A stretch of DNA of 64,000 nt from Octopus sinensis (GCF_006345805.1 NC_043015.1:9920001-9984000), one strand, 5' to 3'. Counted from the stretch's first letter, positions 12,927-26,642 are shown. Program-made: numbers and translations. Notes: a model not told the origin generated them from the sequence alone.

Positions 12927-13618
12927 TATATGTGAACCGTATTTAATAATACTGCTTAACGCATGTGTTTGAGTATCGGTAGTCAGTTCGAGCGCCAACT
13001 CGAGTGCCTATGTGTGTGTACGTGTGCGTAAGTGACTGTACCTCTGTGTGTGTATGTATGTGTGTGCGTCTGTGTGGATGTGTGTGATGTATATATGTGT
13101 GTGTGTTCGTTTACTGTTAAATGATTTTACCAGTGCTCTCTAAATGTCAGACAGAACGAGTTTAACGACGCGCTGCCAAACGTCAGAAGATTCTTCCGCA
13201 ACGCAGTCTTTGTTGTATCCCACACCTACTCAGCAGGTCGGCAGCGGGGACCTTCCGGCGCAACGGTGCCGGAACGTCGCAATCTCAGCCGGCGAGTATG
13301 TAACATTTGCTAAGATTACTACAATTCAGAAATCAATTTCTTCTTATGGCAAGCTTTCTTTTTGTCTCCCTGTGGATGATGCTGTAATTCGCCGTTGAAG
13401 TATTAAGTCGTTGGCCTACCACAAAATATAATTACTTCATAGATATATTATATTTACATAAATCATCGTTGCCATTTATTAAAATTGTTAAAATAAATTG
13501 GTAAGCTAATGCCTAAAACAAAAACTTATGATTAGTTATGTAGGATTAAAATCAGAGTTAACTGCGATTTTATGATATACTTAAAATTTACCAGATATAT
13601 ACCGACGTCTGCGAATCC

Positions 13619-13780
13619 ATTCTTCTTCTTCTTCTTCTTCTTCTTCTTCTTCTTCTTCTTCTTCTTCTTCTTCTTCTTCTTCTTCTTCTTCTTCTTCTTC
13701 TTCTTCTTCTTCTCTTTCTTCTCCTTCTTCTTCTTCTCCTTCTCCTTCTCCTTCTTCTTCTTCTTCTTCTTCTTCTTCTT

Positions 13781-13826
<46 letters not shown>

Positions 13827-13892
13827 AATAATAATAATAATAATACTTATTATTATTATTATTATCATTATTATTACATTATTATTATTATT
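13619..13892. repeat. Compound trinucleotide microsatellite (TTC)n-(TAC)n-(AAT)n-(TTA)n
   Basis: Directly visible; source of the poly-F/poly-E ORFs. Confidence 0.95.
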
Positions 13893-13894
13893 AA

Positions 13895-14107
13895 AGCGAC
13901 GAGCTGGTAGAATCGTTAACATGCTGGTCAAAATACTTAGCGGTATTTCGCTCATCGGTATGTTCTGAGTTCAAATTCCGACGAGGTCGACTTTGCCTTT
14001 CATCCATTCAGGGTCGATAAACTAAGTACCAGTGAAACACTGGAGTCGATAAAATCGACTAGCCTCCTCCCCGAAAATTGCTGCACTTGTGACAAAATTT
14101 GAAACAA
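13895..14107 (+). mobile_element. SINE family C (tail variant ending ...AAATTTGAAACAATTATT)
   Basis: GAGCTGGTAGAATCGTTA head and GAGGTCGACTTTGCCTTTCATCC..GGGTCGATAAA..AGTACCAG core; runs into (ATT)n. Confidence 0.8.
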
Positions 14108-14137
14108 TTATTATTACCATTATTATCACTATTATTA

Positions 14138-14202
<65 letters not shown>

Positions 14203-14568
14203 GTTGTTGTTGTTGTTATATTCACATTGTAGTTATCATCATCATAGTCATCATCAGAAAGAATTAAGAACAAACCAATGGTAACCAATTTCGGTGACAC
14301 GCTAATTCCCATCGTTAACCTCTACAGCATCAATAATGCTGATATTATTATCATCAGCGCCATTGTTCTTTTAATATTTTACAACTTATCATTATATGTT
14401 GTAGTGTTGGTATTATTTTTTGTTATTAACATCATCATTATTATTATTATTGCTGTTGTACTATCGCTTGTCATTTATTCTTCATCTCTTTTATTACATT
14501 TAATGTTCTTATAATAATTTAGTAGCTATTATTATTATTATCATTATTATTATTATTATTATTATTAT

Positions 14569-14602
<34 letters not shown>

Positions 14603-15204
14603 TAGTAGTAGTAGTAGTAGTAGTAGTTGCTGTTGTAACAATATTAGTGTTACATCGATTTGTATTCCTTTCAATTCCAATCCTATCACAAGCAGTAGTC
14701 ACAAAATATTTTATTAATGTACCTAATTAATTACAAGGACGAAAATTCAATGAGGAACCTAGCCGTTATTCACATCGACAAAATAATTCAGTTATTTGCA
14801 GTAGAGTAAATCAATTCGAACAATTAATTTCGAAATTGGATTAATTATGATCAATTAGTTTTCCCAAATATTAAAATAATTACATTAGGAAATATAGACT
14901 CTCAAGTTCCGATCGCTGAAAGCAACGCATCCTTTTCCTGTCGAATAAATCAATAATATTTTCGTGTCATAAATACTCTACGCGAAATGCTTTGTGATTC
15001 ACAGCTCTCCTCATATGAAGCAGGGGGAGAAATAAAAATATATAAATGGAATGTATGGGTGCATATATATAATTATTTTCTTCGGAATGAAATGAGAATT
15101 GATTTTCATACATACTAAATTATTGCATATATAAAAAAATACATATATTTATACAATGTAGACGCATACACATACACACATGCATATACGGATAGAAATA
15201 CGTA

Positions 15205-15239
<35 letters not shown>

Positions 15240-15312
15240 TATATGGCGGAGTGTATGTGTGTCTATATAGATATAGATAATTAATACATACACACATATA
15301 CATGTGTGTATG

Positions 15313-15379
<67 letters not shown>

Positions 15380-16204
15380 TATATACATTTGGGCGTTTGT
15401 GTGTGTGTGTAAACACAGAGGCATGTGTGCATGTATGTATGTATTCATGTATGTACGTACGTCTAAAGATAATATCAAATTAAGCAATAACGTACACATT
15501 GCACGTACATTTACATGTAATAAGTATATTAGCATTTTTCAAAAGATATGAGTAATTTAAAATAAGCGTATGCCTATATTTATGTTAAATATCTTTGCGT
15601 TCAAATTTTGACTCAGGCCATAAGTCTGGGACCATATTTGTTTGGAAGTGTGTAAAATGATTTTAGATTTACTTCTAGCTTTCTACATATATTGCATTAA
15701 ATGTTTAAAGTTAATATAAAAGATAATTTTGAATATATAACTATGTACCAAATATCGACATTTTAGAAAATAAATTCGATAAAAGAGAGGTGATAAATGT
15801 GATATTTCTTAAAAGGAAAAAAGATCACTACATAGGCGATTAAGTGATATTTAAATATAGGCACACTCCTTACATTTAATTAAGGAAATCCATAAATTTT
15901 ACACCTAATGAAATAAAAAAAAATTATGAAAAATCTAAGATAACGAGAAAAATCAAGATTCCATATATGAAAGCAAATTATTCAAAAGTAATAATGAAGA
16001 TTCTTGATGACGTGTCAAAAGCGATACATCAGAATATCAGCATAATTTAAGAATCTTAATCATTTTTCGGAAAGTTGGTAATTTTCCTAAAAAGAATAAA
16101 AGTTTAAACTTTATGTATCCCCATATAAATGCCAAAATTTTGTTTCATGTGTACATACAAAGATATACATACAAATACATACCTACATGCATATATATAT
16201 ATAT

Positions 16205-16400
16205 ATAGTATAAAATCCGTTCTGTCTGTGTGTGTGTCTCCTTGAATCTCGGGCACCCTCCATCCGATTGCGCTCAAATTTGATATATAGATACTGACGG
16301 TATAAGGGCGTGTATAAGTCTTCAAAAAGTTACAAAAATCGATTCCACGTGAGAATGAGATCGATAGAGCCGTGGGAACGTACATTTGTACGCGCAATAA
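16205..16400 (+). mobile_element. Possible Helitron/Helentron-type non-autonomous element 5' region
   Basis: TATAAAA..GTTCTGTCTGTGTGTG..CCGATT..AAATTT layout recalls DINE/Lep1-like elements; recollection only. Confidence 0.3.
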
Positions 16401-16592
16401 AATCGTTTATCTTTGGAATAGAAAAAAGTCTGTCTTTATTTCTGCTTTTGCTGGTGTCTCAAATTTAGGCTAAATCAGTGTTTCCCAAAGGGGAGGCCTA
16501 TGGGACGGTCGGACAAGTTGTTTAGAGAAAAATTGGTTTAAATGTTTCACAACTCAGCAGCGTCCATTGGATAGTGGGCGGGCGTTTTGCTC

Positions 16593-16645
<53 letters not shown>

Positions 16646-16704
16646 ATAATATATGTGTGTGTGTGTGTGTGTGTTGTGTGTGTGTGTGTGTGTCTGTATA
16701 AAAT

Positions 16705-16905
16705 CCCTTTTATCTTTTACTTGTTTCAATCACTTGTCTACCGCCAAGTTGGGGCACTAATTTGATGGGTTTCCCTCGAACAAATCTACCCCAAGCATAG
16801 TACTTATTTTATCGGACCATTTTGATGAACCACTGTGTTGCAGGGAAATAATACACCTGCAGCGGTTGTCAAACATTGAGGGGAAAAATTCAGACACAAT
16901 TACAC
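16705..16905 (-). mobile_element. Old SINE family A 3' half
   Basis: CTTTTACTTGTTTCAATCA..., AGTACTTATTTTATCGG and GGTTGTCAA match the family A tail in antisense. Confidence 0.55.
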
Positions 16906-17191
16906 ATACACACAAGCTCACATACACACGTACACACGAACACACACACACACAATCACATACACATACACATACATAGATATGATAAAGCAAGATTCAC
17001 TTCAATAAGGTACATAAAGACGGGGCACCCAGTTAGGTCGGAATAAAATTGCCATACAGCAATTATAGATGAATGCTAACCTTGTTCAGAATACTGGCAG
17101 TATGATATTTGGGCCATGTATGGAATTAAATGAACCAAATTGAGAATATATTCCCCTCTTGAGCTATTTAGACATGTACATTTTATTAAAT

Positions 17192-17221
17192 ACTAGCAGT
17201 ATAACCCGGCCTTTCCCGGGA
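17192..17221 (-). mobile_element. Helitron-type 3' terminus
   Basis: Minus strand: hairpin CCCGG-GAAAGG-CCGGG, short spacer, CTAG followed by T. This is the canonical Helitron end. Confidence 0.6.
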
Positions 17222-17844
17222 TTAGGTTACGATTATTAAGCTAATCAAGTTCTTTATTTGAAACCAAAGAAAATATTATTTTACTCCGCGTAAAATAAAA
17301 ACTAAACTCTTTCGCACTCAAAGTAATGTATGTGTGTGTGAGAGAGAGGGGGGAGAAAGATGAACGATTTAAAATAAATATATGATTTAAAATAAATATA
17401 TTGTAATTGTTGTGTGAGACAGTATATATACTATGGTTATAAAATATAGTGTCTTTCAAAAACATCCTGAATTTGAACACTATATCTCGTGTTTAAGAAA
17501 AAACAAAACATTTTACATTTTATTTTTCATGAACGTCTTCACTTTCTCTCTCTTCCCCTCTCTATCTCTCACTTTGTCTTACTCATTTTTGTTTAAACGC
17601 CGTGAAACTCTCTTCCACTTTTCTTTATCTTATTTTTTTTTAGACGCTGTCAAAAAGCTATGGCTGATATTTCTTATGGCTAAAAGCTATGGCAGAAATA
17701 GAATTTTACTGCTATCCGCAGGTGCCACGGGAAACAATTAAGTTGACGAAACCCAGATAGGGAGTTGACGAATGTCCTCCTAAAATTTGAGCGACATGAG
17801 TGCTAATTTGTGGATGTACATAAATTACTATCACGTACACACAT

Positions 17845-17876
<32 letters not shown>

Positions 17877-18201
17877 CACACACATCATGCCTTTTATCGA
17901 TATGATACAATCCATAATAAACCTCGAAATACGCGTGGGGCAAGTTGACAGAGAGGTGAATTAAAAATACATACGTAACAATTGATGAACAGTTATCAGT
18001 TTATTTCATTACTCAGTTAACATTAGAATTCATATTGTGCCATTAAAATATTTTGTATCATAAAGCTATAATGGGATGTAAAATATGGCACCATCTGAAT
18101 TTTACGTTATATCGCACATGAATTTGTAAGAGAATCTGCACATATTTTCGATGTGCGCAGCATAATCAATATTAGAGATGAAATAACCAAGCATATTTAG
18201 T

Positions 18202-18640
18202 TCAAACGTAAAATCTGTGCTTTTGTATGGCTCTGAAACATGGAGATCCACCTGCAGCAACTACAAGAAGATCCAGACCTTAATCAACAAATGTCTCCGG
18301 CAGATCCTCCATCTGAAGTGATTGGACAGAGTGTCAAAAACCAACCTGTGGGAAAGGGCCAACCAGGAGCCCATACGTGTTCAGTTTACACGAAGGAAAT
18401 GGAGATGGATCGGACACACGCTGCGGAAAGAACCCTTAAATATGACATAAGAACCTGACTGGAACCCGCAGGGAAAAAGGAAGCGAGGACACCCGAAGCA
18501 GACATGGAGGCGGAGCATTTTGGGCGAGCGCAGGACCACCGGCTTCACATGGGAAGCAGCCAAGAAACACGCCAGTGACCGCAAAAAGTTGAAACAAACT
18601 GTTGCGGCCCTATGGTCCACAAGGGGCAAAAAGGATAAAA
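18202..18640 (+). mobile_element. RTE-clade LINE 3' fragment (RT C-terminal region)
   Basis: Manual translation: SNVKSVLLYGSETW...INKCLRQIL...RRKWRWIGHTLRK...WNPQGKRKRGHPKQTWRR, with internal stops. Confidence 0.9.
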
Positions 18641-19339
18641 AAGAACAAAGTATATTTACTCCGATTTTGTAAAATTTATTAAATTATGATCCTGAAGTGG
18701 CAAACTGAGTCGTGAATCGTTCGATTTAATTGCAATATCTTAGCTTATAATAGAGCTTATCTGCCCTATTTATTTTCATGTCAGTTTAGGAATGCCATGC
18801 TGCAGTGAAAATCTACAATCATATATTTTTCAAATAACTGGAAAATTCATAGTGTTCTAGAGGGTTAATTCATAGATTTGTAATGATAAATAGCTTACAT
18901 TTTTATAAAAATCAGTGAATGAATCAGAGCAGTCAAGTGCAACGAAAAGTATCATTTTTTCATATCATATCAGGTTATATCCTGCACATACACATACACG
19001 CACGCACACGCACACACACGCACACTCACACATATCCATACGCGCACACACACTCAAGCATATACGCGCGCGCGCACACACATACACACATTTATATATA
19101 ATTTGAGGTGCTGTACAGATTTTATTGTTTAAGAAAAAAAGAGATTGTCAGAATCAGAAATTTTAATAATTATTGGCGCTTTCATCTCATTCGTTTCGGA
19201 TACGCAGCATTTGCTTTTTTTTACAGAAAGTGCTTTTCCCTTTTCTATAAATATATGTTTGTGGTATCTATCTATCTATCTATCTCTCACTCTCTCTCTC
19301 TCTCCCTCTCTCACACTCTCTCTCTCTCTCCCTCTCTCA

Positions 19340-19371
<32 letters not shown>

Positions 19372-19852
19372 TATATATAATGAATGGATGTGTGGGTGGG
19401 TGTGTGAGTGTGTGTAATTAAGTGTGCGCATCTAAGAATGCGCATGTATGTGTGTGCAAGCGCATGTGAGTGGAGAAACCCTGGAGGTTCAACTAGGAGG
19501 AGAAAGAAGAGAGAAGAGGAAAACATGAAAGCGATAAAGAAAGGGAGAAATAAATAAACGAAGGAAGAAAAAAGAAGGAAACAAAGAAAGGGGGAAATGG
19601 AAGAGAGAAAATGGTTTCTTTTAAATTGCATTCATGAGCTCAGCTTGTTAAAGTTAATGACAATCTAAGATTTCTATAACTTTGTCTTTTTCTGTCGCTC
19701 TCATAATGCAGAATATAGTATGTATATACATACATACTTATATACTCACATTCATCCATTCATCCACATATGTGCATATATATGTGTGTGCGTGTGCGTG
19801 TGTGCTTCTGCATGGCCACAACCTTAATGTTGAATCGTACAGAAGAATATAA

Positions 19853-19897
<45 letters not shown>

Positions 19898-19949
19898 AAA
19901 TACTAAATTTCTAATCTCTCGTAGAGACATGTACGGTGGTGGGGCGATA

Positions 19950-20243
19950 GAATGGTTGTATACTGTCAATCTAACACGAACGTGACAGTAGGGGGTACAC
20001 CACCGCTGTATAGCCCTAGGAAGCATCGACGCCTCCTGATGGCTTTGACACATTTTTCCCAGTGTCCTTATATACATTTTTCGGCGGCCGGGGGTGTTTG
20101 TCTCCTCTTCGTAAATGTATATAAGGACACAGGGAAAAATGTGTCAAAGCCATCAGGAGGCGTCGATGCTTCCTAGGGCTATACAGCGGTGAGGCACCCC
20201 CCTACTGTCACTTTCGTGTTAGATTGACAGTATACAACCATTC
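19950..20243. mobile_element. Foldback/MITE-like element, ~130-bp arms
   Basis: GAATGGTTGTATACTGTCAATCTAACACG...GGACAC..TATACATTT mirrored around a ~30-nt GC-rich spacer. Confidence 0.85.
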
Positions 20244-20257
20244 AATATATATATATA

Positions 20258-20372
20258 TAGGCGCAGGAGTGGCTGTGTGGTAAGTAGCTTGCTAACCAAC
20301 CACATGCCTTGTGAGTGGATTTGGTAGACGGAAACTGAAACAAGCCTGTCGTATATATGTATATATATATAT
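20258..20372 (+). mobile_element. SINE family A head, internally deleted
   Basis: AGGCGCAGGAGTGGCTGTGTGGTAAG...CCACATG joined directly to CCTTGTGAGTGGATTTGG. Confidence 0.85.
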
Positions 20373-20400
20373 GTATGTGTGTAAAAGAGAAAAAAGAGAG

Positions 20401-20453
<53 letters not shown>

Positions 20454-20997
20454 TATATATATATATACTAAATGTAACCCCATTTGTCTGACCACTAAGA
20501 AAAAATTGTTTTCAAGAAAATTCGAAGAAAAAAAAAGATATAAAATATAGGGATTAGTCACATACCATGGCTCCATTGTTACCATTTACAATTACGTAAA
20601 TATTCGACAATCGTCAGTGTGACCGTCATGAAAGATATAATTTGGAGAACTATACACGAGACGTCCTTCCTAGTGAGAACATACATACAGTTTTGTCAAT
20701 TATATATGGGGGTTAATTTCAAATGTCATCGTTTTGGCGCACTGATGCCGGAAATGACTCTCCAGAAAATAATTTTCTGCACCGAATCTTGCCGATTAGA
20801 GAACATGGTTATTTAAATTTAAATTTAAATAATAGGAGTAAAGAATGATATCAACTAGATCAATATCAATGTAAACCAGTGGCCTAGCCCATAGAAAAAA
20901 TTTGAAGATTCAGAAAATTACATTACATGCATACAAGAAGAATGACCATTAGGTGGACTCCTTATATGTTTAAATGTAGACCCTATATATATATATC

Positions 20998-21049
<52 letters not shown>

Positions 21050-21056
<7 letters not shown>

Positions 21057-21572
21057 GGACTTCAACTGTGTAAACAAAATGAAATACGCAAACAACGAGA
21101 GGAAAAATGGAAAACAGAACAAGTAAACACAGAGAACGAATCTTCATCAGGTGTCGGCTGTCTGTTTATTCCTCATTTCGAGCATTCAATGACAATATGA
21201 GTCCTCACAGACAGTTGCTCCCATAAATTCTAAAACAAAACTTAGGATTTATGATGAGGGGTGGTGGTCAAAGGTGGGAGCAAAACATACAAGGAAACCG
21301 TACGAAAACAAATATGGACCAGAACGAGAGGACGATAGCGAACTCGGGGAAAACATATCTTTGAAAAGAGAAAAAGACAGAAGAGAGAGAGAAAGAAAGA
21401 AAAAGAGAAAGAGGGGAAATTGAGACAGATAGAAAACGGTAAGAGAGACAGATAGAAAGGGGGAGCAGCAAAAGAGAATTAGAGAAAGAGAGAGGAAAAA
21501 CCAGTATAGAGAAGTGTCGCATCAAAAAGGTGAAGTTCGTTCAATTAAGTGATAAATAGAAAATAATATATA

Positions 21573-21611
<39 letters not shown>

Positions 21612-21770
21612 GCATATATGGGTACAGGATGTCACCAACGGTTCAAACAACATGAAATACGTAAACAAAAGAGTTAAATATGAAAACACCGAGGGAAAAA
21701 ATGGAGAAGAGAAAAAGTAAACATAGAGAGAGGATCCTTCATCAGTTGTCGGCTGTCTATCTACTCCTTA
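21050..21770. repeat. Two diverged copies of an unidentified repeat, each abutting (TA)n
   Basis: GTACAGGA..CAAC..AAACAA.ATGAAATACG.AAACAA...GTAAACA.AGAGA..ATC.TTCATCAG.TGTCGGCTGTCT at ~21052-21170 and ~21622-21760. Confidence 0.6.
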
Positions 21771-21952
21771 TATATATATATATCCACTTGGGCGCGGATC
21801 TAGTACGGTTGATCGTGGGAATTTTCCGAGCCCCCTTAGTCAGCGCGCTTTTTTTCGTCATATTTCTTCAATATACGATGCCTTACATCTGTTACAATAT
21901 TTTTTTTTTCCATTTTTGCCACCTGGGCGCGGAACTATATATTAAACATATA

Positions 21953-22000
<48 letters not shown>

Positions 22001-22094
22001 TATATATATAATACATATCAATATATATATATGAATATATACATACATATTTTTATGTGTGTGTGTATGTGTACGTGCGTGTGCGTGTGTTCGG

Positions 22095-22340
22095 TGTGTG
22101 TATGTGTGTGTGTGTATGTGTGTTTGTGTGTGTGATTGTTTCTCACCACCTCTTGACAACTGGTGTTAGAGTGATTACGACTCCATAAATTAACGGTTCA
22201 GCAAAATGAACTGAGAGGATATGACCCTGGGCAAAAAAGAAAAAAAGTACCGGGGTCGATTCCTTCCACTACCATTCAAGTCGGTGCTCCAGCATGGCCT
22301 CAGTCAAATTACTAAAGCAAGTAAAAGTAGAAAAGAACAA
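22095..22340 (+). mobile_element. Old SINE family A 3' half
   Basis: GTACCGGGGTCGATT...GGTGCTCCAGCATGGCC.CAGTCAAAT...GTAAAAG tail. Confidence 0.65.
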
Positions 22341-23583
22341 ATGAATAATCTAACCATTTGAAAAATATAATAATAATAAACTATCTATAGCAAGGATATT
22401 ATACGGGAACAAACTATGAATAATAAATGTCACATAGCTAACTCATACAGGGGTGTGAAATAATCAGATACCAGTCCATGGTTCAATTTTTGTGTGAGAT
22501 TAATGGAAATGGAGCCAGTGTGTGATTACAGTTTAAGTCCAATTTGACGCTTTTGGATTTCATCTATATTTTATAATTATATTGTATATCTGTGTGAGCT
22601 TGTGGATGGGCTGATGAATGTTTCGTATGTATGTATATACATGCACGCTTTCTTAGGCCTGTGAATACGTGACCATGCGTATGTATATATTTACACACAT
22701 GTTATCTATACGCATGTTAAGAAGAGAGAGAGAGAGAGGGAGAGGGAGGGAGAGAGGGAGGAAGTGAGGGGCTTTGACATTTAGGATTGCCATTAATTTC
22801 AACAAGCTGACCATACGAAAACAATACAATTTAAAAGATTCATCTCTCTATTTCTTCCTTCTTTCTCGCATTCTTTCATCCCCTCTTCTTTCTTTATTAT
22901 CTCTTTTCATCTCATTTTCTTTCTGTCTGTCTTTCTTTCTTTCTTTCTTTCTTTCCTTAATACCGCTCTTCTCTTTTTTTCTGTCATCTACCAAAATTTT
23001 ACTACTCACACATACTTATATCCACATGGCTGAATAAAGAGAAGTTGATAACCTTAAAAAAAGAAATGACATTTTGAAACATCATTAACTTCAGATACCT
23101 GTGAAAATACTGACCATAAAAATACAATAAAAGCCATCTCATAAAAACAAGAGAATCGACCCCATTTACCACTCCCTTCCTTCCGTCCTTCTTCCTTTCC
23201 TTCCTTCCTCCTTTCCTTCCTTCCTTCCTTCCTGCCTGTCTGCTTTCCTTCCTTTCTGTCTTTCTTTGTCTTCCTTTATTTATATACTTATCTATATATT
23301 TGTTTCTTATCTTTTTCTTTCTTTTCTCTTTCATTTTTCTTTTCCTCTTTCTGTCCGTTTTTTTTTTCTCTTTTCCTCTTACTTTCCCTCTTTCCTTTTT
23401 TTACTCTTTGAGTGTGGACAGCAAAAACAAAAAAGTGCTTTCAAAAGCCATATCTGAGGAGTTCAGAATGAGATGAAATGAGATGAAAGAGGTAATATTA
23501 GCCAAAATTCTGACTAAATCTTTCTTAATGTACATACATACACATACATACATACATAAATACATACATACATATATATATAT

Positions 23584-23980
23584 ACTCTTTTACTCTTTTA
23601 CTTGTTTCAGTCATTTGACTGCGGCCATGCTGGAGCACCACCTTTAGTCGAGCAAATCGACCCCAGGACTTATTCTTTGTAAGCCCAGTACTTATTCTAT
23701 CGGTCTCTTTTGCCGAACCGCTAAGTGACGGGGACGTAAACACACCAGCATCGGTTGTCAAGCAATGCTAGGGGGACAAACACAGACACACAAACACACA
23801 CACACACACATATATATACATATACACGACAGGCTTCTTTCAGTTTCAGTCTACCAAATCCACTCACAAGGCATTGGTCGGCCCGGGGCTATAGCAGAAG
23901 ACACTTGCCCAAGATGCCACGCAGTGGAACTGAACCCGGAACCATGTGGTTGGTTCGCAAGCTACTTACCACACAGCCAC
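23584..23980 (-). mobile_element. tRNA-headed SINE, family A
   Basis: Antisense of 26210-26640; tail (GTAAAAGA)n; central (TA/CA)n. Confidence 0.9.
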
Positions 23981-24003
23981 ATATATATACAAATATACAT
24001 ATA

Positions 24004-24038
<35 letters not shown>

Positions 24039-24039
24039 G

Positions 24040-24072
<33 letters not shown>

Positions 24073-24092
24073 ATATATATAATATATATATA

Positions 24093-24136
<44 letters not shown>

Positions 24137-24155
24137 CTATTATATTATATATTAT

Positions 24156-24375
24156 CTCTTACTTTTAGTTCATTCGGTCATTAGACGGCGACCATACTGG
24201 GGCATAGCCTTAAATTTACCTTCTAATCGTATTAATCATCCTCAGTATTCATTTTAAAGCATAGTATATATTCTATCGGCCTCTTTTACCGAGACATTAA
24301 GTTACGGAGACGCAAACACACAAACACGGGTTGTCAAGCGGTCGTAGGAGGAGAAACACGTGCGAAGAAACGCAG

Positions 24376-24463
<88 letters not shown>

Positions 24464-24609
24464 GTGCTTCTTTCAGTTTGCATCTATGAAATTCACTCAC
24501 AAATCTTTGGGAATCCCTTTCCCAATGTGCCACGCATTGCTGTGCACACGGAACAACGTAGTGGAGTAGCAAGCTTCTTACCACACGCCCAGTCACACCT
24601 GCGCCTTTG
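24156..24609 (-). mobile_element. SINE family A, diverged
   Basis: Ends ..CACACCTGCGCCT (antisense head). The CTTCTTTCAGTTT core and degenerate tail are present. Confidence 0.75.
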
Positions 24610-24650
24610 TGATTCTGTATTTTTCACAAATATGTGATAAAAGCTCGCTT

Positions 24651-24690
<40 letters not shown>

Positions 24691-25189
24691 TGTGTGTGTG
24701 TGTATTTCTTAAAGTAAAAATGTTTTTCATTGCTTCGCCCGATTAACACCTATACACACTTTACAATTTTCTACATACATGAATAAATTCTAAATAACAG
24801 CATAAACCCAAATTTAACCAATAAATTGTTTTCCATATCAGCCAACCCTAAAACCTAATTACCACTCCGCCCAATCACACAAACCCAAGGAAGATTTTGA
24901 TTCCACAGGGACTATTAGAGGCATAGATGTATTCTGCAAAATATAGAGTTACCCATACAACTCTATCTTGACCTCCTTTTCACCTTACCCCATGACCCCC
25001 ACACACTCAACCACCTTTACGACCTTCTTCTCCGCTTTCCCCTCCTTCCCCATGTCTCCAGCCGAGAGCCCAATCCTTCTCTCATTTTTCGCCCCTTAAC
25101 CACTTCAGATTCCTCCTCTATTCCCGCTGTCTCCCTCCCATCCTCCTGGACAACGTCGTTCGCTCTCTCCTGCTCCTCAGATCGCCCCA

Positions 25190-26180
25190 CTTGCTGCTCC
25201 TTCTCCTCTCTCTGGGGGCGCCTCGACTTTATGTGGCCCCCCCCTTAGCACACAAGCAGCATATAAGAGACTCGCCCTCCACCACCACTCTCAATCTCAT
25301 ATCTTCGGGTAACACTACTTCTTACGGAATCCCACTCATGTCACTCACAGCTGTCCGAACTGCCATCTCGATTCTGCATCCCCAGCAGTTCACCTTTTTC
25401 GCTCTTGCTATTCTCAGCATCTTCGCATCCTCCTCCATATTGTACATTACTGCGGCAACCAAACATTCTTCATCCAATTCTGGTGGCATTTTCCCCTCCC
25501 CCACTCTGACAACTCGCCCGTCACAGCATGTTGGTAGGAGCACCCACTCTATCGTCTTTATGGCATCAGTGGATTGCTTCACCGCTACCTCCTCGCTTGC
25601 GAATCGCATCTCCACCGTGTTACATCGTCCTCCTCCCGCTATAAACATGGTGACCCTCCTCCAATGTCTTCCATCACAATCACTTCGATCCTCCTTGTCA
25701 GCACCTTCAGTGCTCTGGACATCACTATCCCGCCAACAGCTCACCGCCTTTATCACTTCTTCTTCGCTTGCAAATTGCACTTCCACTGTGCCATATCTTC
25801 TTCCTCTTGTTATGAACGCGGTGACCTTTTTGGCCTCTTTTAAATACTTCTCAATGTCTTCTATCGTAGCAATTTCAATTTTCTTGTCGCACTCTCTATT
25901 TGTTAAGTAAACTGGGGTCGTCAATTTAAGGTTGTGGCCTTTCTTTTCGAATATCTTGCCGCTTTCTTTCAGGTTTCTTTGCTCAATTTTTACTTGCTAA
26001 GTTTCTATATATATTCCTCTGTCAGTTGCAGCTGCATAGCTGGGGCTATTTGCTGGTTCGGTCTCCATTATACTTCTCTCCGGCTCTCTCTTAAGTGGGA
26101 AGAAAAAAGAAAAAAAACAACAAAAACTCACTAGTCAAAAGAGCAATTTCAGCGAGGAACGAAACGTGGTACACCCACGA
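25190..26180 (-). mobile_element. L1/Tx1-like ORF1 (RRM-like) fragment with probable 5' UTR
   Basis: ORF 25322-25924: FITRGRRYGTVEVQFASEEE, LLPTCCDGRVVRVGEGKMPPE. An upstream ATG near 26070 gives METEPANSPAMQ followed by a stop. Assignment rests on remembered similarity to invertebrate Tx1 ORF1. Confidence 0.55.
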
Positions 26181-26209
26181 GTGGATAAATTTTAACAATT
26201 ATAACAATA

Positions 26210-26379
26210 GGCGCAGGAGTGGCTGTGTGGCAAGTAGCTCGTTTACCAACCACATGGTTCCGGGTTCAGTCCCACTGCGTGGCACCTTGGGCAAGTGTCT
26301 TCTACTATAGCCTCGGACGACCAAAGCCTTGTGAGTGGATTTGGTAGATGGAAACTGAAAGAAGCCCGTAGTATATATG

Positions 26380-26423
<44 letters not shown>

Positions 26424-26642
26424 CGTGTGTGTGTGTGTTTGCCCCCCTAGCATTGCTTGACAACCGATGCTGGTGTGTTTATGTCCCCGTCACTTAGCGG
26501 TTCGGCAAGAGAGACCGATAGAATAAGTACTGGGTTTACAAAGAATAAGACCCGGGGTCGAGTTGCTCGACTAAAAGGCGGTGCTCCAGCATGGCCGCAG
26601 TCAAATGACCGAAACAAGTAAAAGAGTAAAGAGAAAAAGAGT
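26210..26642 (+). mobile_element. SINE family A, full length
   Basis: A-box TGGCTGTGTGG, B-box GGTTCAGTCC, CCTTGGGCAAGTGTCTTC core, tail GGCGGTGCTCCAGCATGGCCGCAGTCAAATGACCGAAACAAG(TAAAAGAG)n. Confidence 0.92.

Noticed and set aside
16472-16490. CAGTGTTTCCCAA as a hAT TIR
   Set aside because: No partner TIR or 8-bp TSD seen.
21138-21185. CTGATGA and GAAA on the minus strand (also ~21735-21760) as hammerheads
   Set aside because: The order is GAAA before CTGATGA and I could not form stems II and III.
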